Shown in pieces: positions 19,358 through 27,671 of a stretch of DNA of 64,000 nt. This DNA is from Prosthecobacter debontii (lineage in GTDB: Bacteria > Verrucomicrobiota > Verrucomicrobiia > Chthoniobacterales > Chthoniobacteraceae): positions 8,073 through 72,072 of the forward strand of contig CAMAUI010000007.1 of NCBI GenBank assembly GCA_945861385.1, written 5' to 3'. The position numbers and the translations under genes are program-made. The first letter of the stretch is position 1, and each line of letters starts with the position of its first letter. The notes beneath the pieces were generated by a model. That model worked only from the letters and a program-made list of their open reading frames with translations. It searched no databases and had not been told where the DNA came from.

Positions 19358-21127
19358 GTGAACATCTCATTCACACTGCTTTGGTCTGGCCATCGTCCGT
19401 GGCGCCGGGCAATTTCCCCGGCCGTGCCCAAAACCGCCGAACTGCCGCTCGAAAAATCCGCGCCCGTTCTCGCCGCGCATCTCACGCGCGTACAGGCGCG
19501 GTTCAGTTCCGTGGCATTCCGCATGGCCTCGTCCATGGTCTTCGTGGTGCTGCTCGTGTGGCTGATGGTGGAGATGCCGATGGACTGGCGGTACGGTTTT
19601 TCACGGCCTGTGAGGGCGATCTTTTTCATGTCGGCGCTGGGGGTGGCGGGCGGGCTGTTCACGTGGTTCGGCATCCGGCGGGCGTTGAACAAGCCAGGCG
19701 AGGAGCGCACGGCGCTGGCGATAGAGCGCGCAGTGCCGGAGTTCCGCACGCGGTTCATCGCGAGCGTGCAACTCGCCCGCGAGTTGGACGGCCCTTCGCG
19801 TTCGCTGATTCGCGCGCTGATCAATCACACGTCCGACTTTTCGCGGGAAGTTTCGCTGGATGGAGTGGTGGGCACAGTGGCGCTGCGCCGGTGGCTTGCG
19901 ATCGTCGGGGGCGCGCTCGTCGTGGCGCTGGTGATGTGGCTGCTCGGCGGGAGCGCGAGCATGCCGCTGCTTCAGCGCGCGCTGCTCGGCAATGTGCCGG
20001 TGCCTCGCAATACGATGATCGTTTCATTCAGCGGCGACCTTGTCGTGGCGGCGGGTGATGATCTCCGCATCGAGGCGAATGCCACGGGCGTGGTCCCGGC
20101 TGCGGGACACCTGCGGATCAAGAACGCGAAGGGGGTTCGGCAGCAGTTCACGCTCGATGCCGACCCGCTCAATGCGGCGCATTTTTACCGGACGCTGCAA
20201 AGCGTGCAGGAAGGCTTCGAATACGCCGTCGTGCTTGGCGACAATGAGACGGAAACCGCGCGTGTGCGCGTCCGCCCGCGCCCCACGATCCTCGCCCTCG
20301 AGTGCGAGCAGCGCTGGCCCGAATACACGAAGGAGCGTCCGCAACGCTGCCTGCCCGGCGAATTGAAGCTGCTCGCCGGCTCGAAGCTCGCGCTGAAACT
20401 GAAGCCGAGCGTCACCCTGAGCGAGGCCCGCGTTCTCCTAATGGGCGCTGCCGACAAGCCGCCGGTGAAAGTCTCACCCATGCAGGCCGCTGCGCCGACG
20501 CCGGGGCAGATCGCGGAGTGGAGCGGCATCGTGGACATCCCGCGCGACGGCGTGACCGGCATCACATTCCAGCTCGTGGACGAGGAGGGGGTGGCGAGCA
20601 AAAACATGGCGACGTACCGCGTGGAGATCGTGGCGGATCAGTTGCCATCGGTACGCGTGCTGTGGCCGGTGCGCCGCGAGGAACTTGTCACCAGCCGCGC
20701 GACCGTGCTCATCGCATTCGAGGCGAAGGACGACTTCGGAGTAGCGCGCGTGAAGCTGCATTTCGGTGTGAACTGGGCCGAGGGTCAGCCCGTCAAGGTG
20801 ATAGATTTCGACCTCGGCGGAACCCAGCCGAGATCGCTCACCCGGCGTTTCGAGTGGAAGCTGGACCGCATCCAGCCGCCGCTCAACGTGGGCGATGTCG
20901 TGGACTATTGGTTCGAGGTGGAGGACATCAACAACGCCACCGGGCCCGGGGTGTTTGTGACTGCCGAGCACTACCAGGCGCGCGTCGTGACCGAGGAGGA
21001 CAAGCGCGCTGACCTCTCGAGCCGGCTCAACGACACGCTGCAGGGCCTGAACGACGTGAAGGCGGGGCAGGAGGATCTGGCTTCGAAGCTCGGCGATTTC
21101 ATCCGGGAAAAACTCGGGCAGAAGTAG
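19358..21127 (+). CDS. membrane-anchored protein of unknown function
   Basis: 589-aa ORF with two N-terminal TM helices (MVFVVLLVWLMVEMPMDW and AIFFMSALGVAGGLFTWFGI), followed by a large soluble beta-rich-looking region. No catalytic motifs were recognised. The start is uncertain because it lies only 30 bp from the divergent ABC-F start. Confidence 0.65.
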   Translation: MNISFTLLWSGHRPWRRAISPAVPKTAELPLEKSAPVLAAHLTRVQARFSSVAFRMASSMVFVVLLVWLMVEMPMDWRYGFSRPVRAIFFMSALGVAGGLFTWFGIRRALNKPGEERTALAIERAVPEFRTRFIASVQLARELDGPSRSLIRALINHTSDFSREVSLDGVVGTVALRRWLAIVGGALVVALVMWLLGGSASMPLLQRALLGNVPVPRNTMIVSFSGDLVVAAGDDLRIEANATGVVPAAGHLRIKNAKGVRQQFTLDADPLNAAHFYRTLQSVQEGFEYAVVLGDNETETARVRVRPRPTILALECEQRWPEYTKERPQRCLPGELKLLAGSKLALKLKPSVTLSEARVLLMGAADKPPVKVSPMQAAAPTPGQIAEWSGIVDIPRDGVTGITFQLVDEEGVASKNMATYRVEIVADQLPSVRVLWPVRREELVTSRATVLIAFEAKDDFGVARVKLHFGVNWAEGQPVKVIDFDLGGTQPRSLTRRFEWKLDRIQPPLNVGDVVDYWFEVEDINNATGPGVFVTAEHYQARVVTEEDKRADLSSRLNDTLQGLNDVKAGQEDLASKLGDFIREKLGQK

Positions 21128-21169
21128 GGGCGACGTCCGGCACTTCCCAGCGATGCTTTTTGCTGGGGC

Positions 21170-21802
21170 CTACGAACGACCGACAAGCCGGAGGAATGCT
21201 TCCCACTTTGCCCCAGGTCTGCCGCCATCCATGAGGATCCGCGGACACGGCTTATGCCAGTTGTTGAAACGGTGCATCGTCCAGAAATAATGCGGCACCA
21301 CATGATCGGGCGGCACCCCGAATCTCCGCCGCAGCCATGCCGCGAGCCGCGCCGCGCGCTCGATCGCAGCGCGCTGCCGGGCCGGCTCGCGGAATTCGCA
21401 GATTTCGATGCCGATGCTTGTCGCGTTCCCCGGCCCGTCATGGTCCGCGTGCTCCCCGGCTTCCGAGAGCGGCAGGTGCTGCACCACTTCGCAATCGTCC
21501 ACGGTGAAATGCCAGAAGTTGTAGCCGCGGCGGTTCCATTTTGTCTTCGCCCTGATCCGTCCCTCCCGCAGCAGCCGCGCATGCGCCGCCGCAGTGCCGC
21601 CGCGGCTTCCCGTGCTGTGGATCGTGATGTAGCGCACGCAAAGCGGGAACTTACGCTGGCGCCCGAAGCGTCCATTCGGGATCAAATCAGTGCGGATCGC
21701 AACCGGGCCGGGCGCGGTTCCGGTGCCCGTGGTCGTGCAGGCAGGCACGGCGCAGCATGCGCAGCCGAGGGTCGCAAGGCGGAGAAAAGAGCGTCGGTTC
21801 AT
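21170..21802 (-). CDS. N-acetylmuramoyl-L-alanine amidase (Amidase_2/PGRP fold) with Tat-like signal
   Basis: 210 aa starting MNRRSFLRLATLGCA. The amidase_2-like core is ITIHSTGS...WHFTVDD...SIGIEICE...VVPHYFW. Confidence 0.85.
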   Translation of the reverse strand: MNRRSFLRLATLGCACCAVPACTTTGTGTAPGPVAIRTDLIPNGRFGRQRKFPLCVRYITIHSTGSRGGTAAAHARLLREGRIRAKTKWNRRGYNFWHFTVDDCEVVQHLPLSEAGEHADHDGPGNATSIGIEICEFREPARQRAAIERAARLAAWLRRRFGVPPDHVVPHYFWTMHRFNNWHKPCPRILMDGGRPGAKWEAFLRLVGRS

Positions 21803-21878
21803 TCACTGCGATGAGTGCCAGCACGCGCTGGTGGATGCAATGCTTCCGGCGCGGAAGCGGGGATGCCGATCCGGTTGC

Positions 21879-22232
21879 TCATTCAAAAAATGTGTCCTCG
21901 TGAGTGTACGGCGGTGCGCAGCAGCAGAGAAAGCGGAGTGGTTCAGCGGCGGTAATCCGGTGCCATGCGCCTGCCGGGATCAGGATCGCATCGCCGGGGC
22001 CTACAGTGCGTTCTGCGTCCGCGACCTCCATTTTTCCGGTGCCTTCGAGGATGAAATAAAACTCCTCAGCAAGCCGGTGATAGTGGCGCTGCGTGGCGTG
22101 GCCGGGCGGGAGTGTGGCTTCCGCGAGGGACTGATTGCGCACGGGTGCGACGGAGTGGTCGAGGATGCTGCGGATGGTCGAGCCGTCGGCCGTGGTGAAA
22201 GGCCGGGCGTCGGCGAGGTTGAGGATCGTCAT
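21879..22232 (-). CDS. cupin-domain protein
   Basis: 117 aa with cupin motifs TQRHYHRLAEEFYFILEG and GDAILIPAGAWH. Confidence 0.8.
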   Translation of the reverse strand: MTILNLADARPFTTADGSTIRSILDHSVAPVRNQSLAEATLPPGHATQRHYHRLAEEFYFILEGTGKMEVADAERTVGPGDAILIPAGAWHRITAAEPLRFLCCCAPPYTHEDTFFE

Positions 22233-22356
22233 GGAGGCGCGGAAATAGCGCGCATTGGCGGGGTGCGCAACCGGTCGTGGTGATCGCAGTCGAGCCGGAA
22301 TTTAATGGCGCATAGAAATAAATACCGCGCTTTTCACTCTCACACATGCACGCTAT

Positions 22357-23040
22357 ATGAACCTCATGAATCGCCGCAGCATCATCCAAGCAGCCGGAGT
22401 CCTTGCAACCGGCGCCATCATCTCGTTTCTAAATCTCGCCTGCTCAGACCAAGTGAAAACCACACCCACAACCCAAGTTGAGAAGCCCGGTGGCAGTGCC
22501 GCCAAGCCCGATGGAAAAGCCGAAAAGGTCGTCGTGGGGGGAGGATGCTTTTGGTGTATCGAGGCCGTCTTGCAGCGGCTTCCAGGTGTGACAAAGGTCG
22601 TCTCCGGCTACTCGGGTGGGCATTTGAAAAACCCGACCTACGAACAGGTGTGCAGCAGGCTGACGGGCCATGCCGAAGTCATCGAAGTCACTTACGATCC
22701 GGGCGCGGTGAAGCTCGACACGGTGCTGGACGTATTCTTTGCCAGCCATGATCCGACGACGCTGAACAGGCAGGGCGCGGACGAGGGGCCGCAATATCGC
22801 TCGGTGATTTATTTCGCGAACGATGTGCAGAAAGTGGCGGCGGAGGCTGCGAAAGTGCGCGCGAAGAAGGAGTGGAGCGATCCCATCGTGACGGAAATCT
22901 CGCCGTTGAAGGAGTTCTATCCGGCCGAGGATTACCACCAGAATTACTTCAACCAGAATCAGGGCAGGGATCGCTACTGCTCAATCGTGATCGCGCCGAA
23001 GCTGAGGAAGCTCGTGGAGAAGGGCGTCATCAAGCCGTAG
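22357..23040 (+). CDS. msrA: peptide-methionine (S)-S-oxide reductase MsrA, exported form
   Basis: 227 aa with an N-terminal signal/lipobox-like NRRSIIQAAGVLATGAIISFLNLAC. The active site is GGGCFWCIEAV, followed by GYSGG...HAEVIEVTYDP...DPTTLNRQG.D.G.QYRS. Confidence 0.93.
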   Translation: MNLMNRRSIIQAAGVLATGAIISFLNLACSDQVKTTPTTQVEKPGGSAAKPDGKAEKVVVGGGCFWCIEAVLQRLPGVTKVVSGYSGGHLKNPTYEQVCSRLTGHAEVIEVTYDPGAVKLDTVLDVFFASHDPTTLNRQGADEGPQYRSVIYFANDVQKVAAEAAKVRAKKEWSDPIVTEISPLKEFYPAEDYHQNYFNQNQGRDRYCSIVIAPKLRKLVEKGVIKP

Positions 23041-23063
23041 GTGCAGGCGCTGCCTGGACGGAA

Positions 23064-25346
23064 TCAACCACGCTCGAAATCCAGCCATCGCACGAGCGGG
23101 GCGAGCACGGGTTGTCCGTCGTGGTGCCATGTGATGGGCGGGTGCTGCATCTTTCCAACCGGGCAGACACGGGTGACACCAAGTGATGCGGCGGCCTCCG
23201 CATTTTCGTCCGTGACGGGCCAGATGCCGCACGTGGAAAGATGTGGGCGGATGGGGGCGAGGACAGCGGCGAGATCAGCGGGAAGGGGCTTCACGAACAC
23301 GAAGCGGTTGAGCGGCGAATGGGGGACTCCCGTGGTCGAGTCCGCAATTACGGTCCAGCGTGTATCGTCGCTCGCAAGAACTGAAAACGGTTCTCCGTTC
23401 GCTGCGCGGAACGCGCACTCCTCGCGCAAAGTGCGGATGCTGTTTGCTTCGCTGACACTGACGGGGAGGCGGGGCGAATTCGCGTTGAATGCATCCATCG
23501 CCAGAGCGAGCTGCCGGGCGACGGAAAGAGCGGAGCATTCGCCGCTTTCGCGCACAAAAAACACATGCGGTGAAAGACAACCCTGCTGGTCGAACGCTGA
23601 GACATCGCGGGCGGCCGCTGTGATCGTGTTGGCGTCCGGCGGCTCAAAGAATATGCCGAGGCTGACTTTGTGCCCGTGGGGGATGAACACTTGATCCGGC
23701 CTGCACCGGTGGCGCAGCGATTCGATGGTGGATGCCGTTCCAAAGACGACGACCGCCTCGGCGCGGGCGAGCCAGTCGTCCGGGAGGTGGGGCGTGGTTT
23801 CGATGGCCCCGGCAAGTTCCGCGGGAAGAGAGGCGGCGAATTTCGCGATCTCGGGGAGGCCGGAGGCCGGCAGTTTGCAGAGATTGTGAGAGCCAAGAAG
23901 CAGGCCGCGGATGAGCGTTTGCAGCGCGGCTGCGGGCGTGTTGCCGCTCATGATGTGCAGAATCGTTTGCGGTGCAGTGGCGCGGGAAGCGTGGCCGGCG
24001 CGCGGGACAAGGCGATCCAGCGCCTCGGCATGTCCGAGTTCGGCGGTGACGAGGGAGAGCAGATCCTGCGTGGTTGGCTTTCCGAGAAAATCAAACTGCG
24101 AGGCGGCTTCTGCCAGGGCTGCGGCGCGAAATGCGGTGGACGTCCGCGGGCGATGCAGGGGATGGGGTATGGCTTCGCCAATCGGCACGGATGCGCTTGT
24201 GCGGGGCGTTTCATGCAGAGAGCGCATGGTTTCATCAGCCGTGCGTGAACATCCGCGCGGGATCGCGGCGGGATCGCGCCCGACAAGCTCGAAGCCCCGC
24301 TCGCGCCGGATGGCGAGGTCGGAAGTTTGAATCGCGAGAACACTGCCGGCATTTGCGAGATCGAAAATGCGGAGAACGCCCATTTCGCCGGGCTGCACCT
24401 CACCGCCGGTATCGGGCGAGACGACGAGCGCGCGTGTCCATGGGCCGGCTTCGTGGACGCCATCAATGCCGCGTGCGTAAAACTGCGAGCCCAGCTCGCA
24501 CATGCCGTACTCATTCCAAACGGACTCAGGCGGCACTCCGAGGCGGTCTTCAAACATGCGGTAGAGTTCGGCCTTTCCGATTTCGCGTCCGCTCCCTTTG
24601 AAGCCTCCCGTCTCGACGATGAAGCTCCCCTCCGCGAGCCGCGCGCGGAAGGCTGGTTGCTGATCGAAAAAATTCAGGAACGCGAGCGCGGCTCCGAGGA
24701 GTGCGACGGGAGCAGGACTGCCGCGGGTGGTGAAGCAATCGAGTGTGTGCGCAAGCTGCGCGGAAGCGAGAGAGCCATCGGGTCGGCAAAATGTGGCGTG
24801 GTGCGTCGCACGGGTGCCCACGGTTTTCCACATGTGCGCGAGGGAGGAGTCAGGGGCTTCGTCCGCGGTTGGCGAGAGGGCAAGCTGGTAGTGACCGGGA
24901 AAGCCACATCTGTCCCACCCGGCAAGCACGGAGGCCTCGTAGATTCTTGTGTCCGGGAGGTGATGCTCGCCGCGGGTCTCGCCGGTCGTTCCGCTGGTGC
25001 GAAAGACACGGCCCGGCAGGGCGGCGGGGAAGCACGCGATGCGGAATCGCTTGAACATGGCCTGTGGAATGGCGGGAATTTCGCGCCATGACCGCGCTTG
25101 CGGAAGTGCGGCGCACCAGCGTGCGTAGGGCTCGTTCCAGCGTTTTTGAAATGCGTGGAGGTCGAGCGCGAGGGCGTCGAATTCCAGCTCCTGCAAATCG
25201 CCGCGGAAGGCGGAGAGGATGCGTGCTTCGAGGGCGACGTATTCATCGCGGCCCGGCCAGTGGGCCGGCGGTTTCATGGCTGGCTCGCGTTTTGGCCGGA
25301 AGCGCGGGGCGCGTTCTGCGGGCTGGGTGCGGGATTCATCGTTCAT
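23064..25346 (-). CDS. fusion protein: LuxE-like acyl-protein synthetase (N-terminal) + LuxC-like acyl-CoA reductase (C-terminal)
   Basis: 760-aa ORF. The N-terminal half has the adenylate-forming motif VFRTSGTTGETRGEHH and GGFKGSGREI. The C-terminal half has ILHIMSGNTPAAALQTLIRGLL and the LuxC/ALDH-type catalytic-Cys context AFDQQGCLSPHVFFV. An alternative start at MKPPAHW is possible. Confidence 0.8.
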   Translation of the reverse strand: MNDESRTQPAERAPRFRPKREPAMKPPAHWPGRDEYVALEARILSAFRGDLQELEFDALALDLHAFQKRWNEPYARWCAALPQARSWREIPAIPQAMFKRFRIACFPAALPGRVFRTSGTTGETRGEHHLPDTRIYEASVLAGWDRCGFPGHYQLALSPTADEAPDSSLAHMWKTVGTRATHHATFCRPDGSLASAQLAHTLDCFTTRGSPAPVALLGAALAFLNFFDQQPAFRARLAEGSFIVETGGFKGSGREIGKAELYRMFEDRLGVPPESVWNEYGMCELGSQFYARGIDGVHEAGPWTRALVVSPDTGGEVQPGEMGVLRIFDLANAGSVLAIQTSDLAIRRERGFELVGRDPAAIPRGCSRTADETMRSLHETPRTSASVPIGEAIPHPLHRPRTSTAFRAAALAEAASQFDFLGKPTTQDLLSLVTAELGHAEALDRLVPRAGHASRATAPQTILHIMSGNTPAAALQTLIRGLLLGSHNLCKLPASGLPEIAKFAASLPAELAGAIETTPHLPDDWLARAEAVVVFGTASTIESLRHRCRPDQVFIPHGHKVSLGIFFEPPDANTITAAARDVSAFDQQGCLSPHVFFVRESGECSALSVARQLALAMDAFNANSPRLPVSVSEANSIRTLREECAFRAANGEPFSVLASDDTRWTVIADSTTGVPHSPLNRFVFVKPLPADLAAVLAPIRPHLSTCGIWPVTDENAEAAASLGVTRVCPVGKMQHPPITWHHDGQPVLAPLVRWLDFERG

Positions 25347-25359
25347 TTTCCGATGGTCA

Positions 25360-25638
25360 TCAGTTGCCCCGCGCCTCGAGCCACGCGAGCGCCTTGGCGT
25401 AGCTGGCGCGTTGAAGGTAATGCGCGAAGTCCCCCTCCACCGGCTGCGGCAGTGCGGACGCGAGCTCGGTGATGCGCCCGGAGACAGCCTTCAATTTTTC
25501 CAAATGCGCCGCGGGATCGCGCGCGTAAAGATCGCGGTCTGCGATGATGGCGAGGCGTTCGCGCAGCGCGGCGGCGAGGGCGGCATGTGTGTCGTCTGGC
25601 ATGCGGCGAGTCTGGCGGGGCGGAGGCCCGGTGTCCAC
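25360..25638 (-). CDS. small hypothetical protein (80-92 aa) immediately downstream of the Dop/PafA homolog
   Basis: The ORF starts 6 nt after the stop of the upstream gene and ends 13 nt before the start of the downstream gene. Third-codon positions in this frame are very GC-rich, which is consistent with coding. The sequence looks helical and ends ...YAKALAWLEARGN. I recognise no family. An alternative start is M13 (25602). Confidence 0.6.
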   Translation of the reverse strand: MDTGPPPRQTRRMPDDTHAALAAALRERLAIIADRDLYARDPAAHLEKLKAVSGRITELASALPQPVEGDFAHYLQRASYAKALAWLEARGN

Positions 25639-25644
25639 TGGCTG

Positions 25645-27141
25645 TCAGCCGCGCAGGTCTGCGAGCGTCCTCGCGTCGCGGATGCGCGCGTTCAGCGCGT
25701 CGAGGCGGGGGTGGAAGGCTGGGTGGGGCAGGCCGATCTCGAATGCCGTGCCGTCCGTTCCAAAGTGGATGGACTCCCAGCCGAGGCTGGCGATGTGCTC
25801 GTCGAACTTTGCCACGGCGCGGCCCCTGAAAAACGCGCGTGTGCCCTCGGGCGGCTGAAAGAGCGCGCGGCGCACGTGTTCCTCGCTCACCACGCGTCGC
25901 ATTTCGCCAGCGTGAACGAGTTCGTAGTAGAGCCCCTCCGAGCGGGCGATGCTGTGGTAGGCGAGATCCAGTGATTGGAGCCAGGGATTGTCCCATGTGA
26001 GCCCCTCGGCTTCGCGGAACGAATCCAGCAGGAACCGCTTGGCCGACCAGTCGCAGCGGTCCCGGGTGCTGAGCGGGTCGCGCGCGAGGTCGGCGAGCAC
26101 GGCTTCCCATTCCGCGAGCACCCAGTCGGCGTCTTCGTCGCGGTCGCAGTGTTCCATTGCGGCGGCGAGCCACTCGCGCTGGATGTCCAGCGCCCCGATC
26201 GTCCCGCGGAGCATCGCGACCGGCCACGTCCACGACGGGTCGTGGGAAATAAGTTTCGTCGCCGAGATCGGGTCGGCGATTTCGTGGCAGGGGGCGTGAT
26301 TTTTCTCGATGAGTTCCAGCGCGAGCGCGGTCGTGCCGATCTTCATGGCGGTGGCCCATTCGGACATGTTGGCGTCGCCGACGATGACGTGAAAACGCCT
26401 GTAGAGGCCGATGTCCGCGTGCGGTTCGTCACGCGTGTTCACGATGGGGCGGCGGTTCATGGTGTCTATGCTCGTGAGCACCTCGAAGAAGTCGCTGCGC
26501 TGCGCGAGTTGAAAGACGCCGGGATCCCGCCGGCGATCCTCGTCCTCCAGCCCGAGCTTGCCGGCGCCGGCGAAGACCTGGCGTGTGACTAGGAAGCTCA
26601 CGATCTCGCGCACGATGCGTTCCCAAGGCACGTCGCGGCGCATGAGGAAGTTGTCGTGGCAGCCGTAGCTGTGGCCATGGAAGTCGGTGTTGTTCTTGAA
26701 AAGACGGCAGACCTGCCCCGGCGGCAGGAGTGTGTTTCGGCGGCGCATGCACTCCTCGAGGATGCGCTCGCCCGCCTTGTCCTGCGCGACGAGATCGCGG
26801 AGCGTCGCGCATTCTGGCGTGCTGTATTCCGGGTGCGCGTGGTCGTTGTAAAAGCGTGCGCCATTCGAGAGCACGAGGTCGCTCTTGATCTCGGCGAATG
26901 AAAGGTGGCGGTTTTTATCCAGCTCGTAGTAGGAGGCCTCATCCGTGTCCTGCAGGAGTTCCTCGGCCCGGAAACCGCGCGCATCCTGGTGGGGATCCTC
27001 ACCGGTGTAGTCCCACTTCATGTGAGAGCCGTGCTGGGTGTAGCTCCGCACGATCGCGATGCTTTCGCGCACCACATCGAGATCCGCCATTCCATCCACT
27101 GTGATGCCGTATTCCGTTTCGAGGCCGAAGACGCGTTTCAT
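25645..27141 (-). CDS. Pup-ligase-family enzyme (Dop/PafA homolog, Dop-like)
   Basis: Frame of ORF 25645..27390. The start is chosen at MKRVFGLETEYG (complement of 27139-27141). Family motifs: NGARFYNDHAHPEYSTPEC, FKNNTDFHGHSYGCHDNF, FLVTRQVFAGAGK, RPIVNTRDEPHAD..YRRFHVIVGDANMSE, LDIQREW, LDLAYH and PPEGTRAFFRG. Confidence 0.92.
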   Translation of the reverse strand: MKRVFGLETEYGITVDGMADLDVVRESIAIVRSYTQHGSHMKWDYTGEDPHQDARGFRAEELLQDTDEASYYELDKNRHLSFAEIKSDLVLSNGARFYNDHAHPEYSTPECATLRDLVAQDKAGERILEECMRRRNTLLPPGQVCRLFKNNTDFHGHSYGCHDNFLMRRDVPWERIVREIVSFLVTRQVFAGAGKLGLEDEDRRRDPGVFQLAQRSDFFEVLTSIDTMNRRPIVNTRDEPHADIGLYRRFHVIVGDANMSEWATAMKIGTTALALELIEKNHAPCHEIADPISATKLISHDPSWTWPVAMLRGTIGALDIQREWLAAAMEHCDRDEDADWVLAEWEAVLADLARDPLSTRDRCDWSAKRFLLDSFREAEGLTWDNPWLQSLDLAYHSIARSEGLYYELVHAGEMRRVVSEEHVRRALFQPPEGTRAFFRGRAVAKFDEHIASLGWESIHFGTDGTAFEIGLPHPAFHPRLDALNARIRDARTLADLRG

Positions 27142-27191
27142 GCGCTGGCACAGTGGCGCATGTCGGCGTGGGATTCCAGCGCGGTGTGCGC

Positions 27192-27626
27192 TTACGCGGC
27201 GCGAGGCAGTTCGATGCGCTCGGAGAGGCGCGAGAACTCCTCCGCCGTCACCAGCCGCCGGTCGAGCAGGGCATCGAGCATGATGAGGCGCTGCTCGGCG
27301 CTCCATGCGGGGGCTTGCTTCCGGCGGCGAATCTTCGCGGCGAATACTGCGGCGCAGATCGCAGTGCCCGCGGCCAGCGCGGCCAGCCACAGGGGATTTG
27401 TATTCGGAAAAGCCATGATCACGGCGCCGCTGAGGATGCCGAGTACAGCCGTGGCGATGCCTGCCGCAGTGGTCGCGGGCCTGCGGACGATTGTCGCGAG
27501 TTCATTCAGGGTCTCCTGCCGCAGGGCTCGATACTCATCCTCGGAAAGGATGTGGCCGCGGGTTTCCTCGAGGCGGTGGAGGCATGCCGCGAAATAGTCG
27601 TGTGGAAGGAGAAGGAGTTTCTTCAT
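27192..27626 (-). CDS. 2-TM membrane protein with SHOCT-like terminal motifs (paralog A)
   Basis: 144 aa. The N-terminal motif is GHILSEDEYRALRQETLNEL. Two hydrophobic helices follow (AGIATAVLGILSGAVIMAF and LWLAALAAGTAICAAVFAA). The C-terminal part is RRRKQ...EQRLIMLDALLDRRLVTAEEFSRLSERI. It is clearly paralogous to 27672..28142. Confidence 0.7.
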   Translation of the reverse strand: MKKLLLLPHDYFAACLHRLEETRGHILSEDEYRALRQETLNELATIVRRPATTAAGIATAVLGILSGAVIMAFPNTNPLWLAALAAGTAICAAVFAAKIRRRKQAPAWSAEQRLIMLDALLDRRLVTAEEFSRLSERIELPRAA

Positions 27627-27671
27627 GACGCTGGAGTTTGCAGGAAATGGGCCATGCGCCGCGGTGCCGGA

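Noticed and set aside
21145-21168. Hairpin cccagc-N10-gctggg between the convergent genes 19358..21127 and 21170..21802, as an intrinsic terminator
   Set aside because: The stem is only 6 bp with a 10-nt loop. T residues sit mostly in the loop rather than forming a 3' tail. This is too weak to call as a feature.
25360-25638. Calling the small ORF a bona fide Pup or UBact
   Set aside because: It has no GGQ/GGE (Pup) C-terminus and no basic-motif-plus-Gln/Glu (UBact) C-terminus. It has no acidic disordered N-terminal half and it looks helical. It is kept only as a positional analogue and hypothesis.
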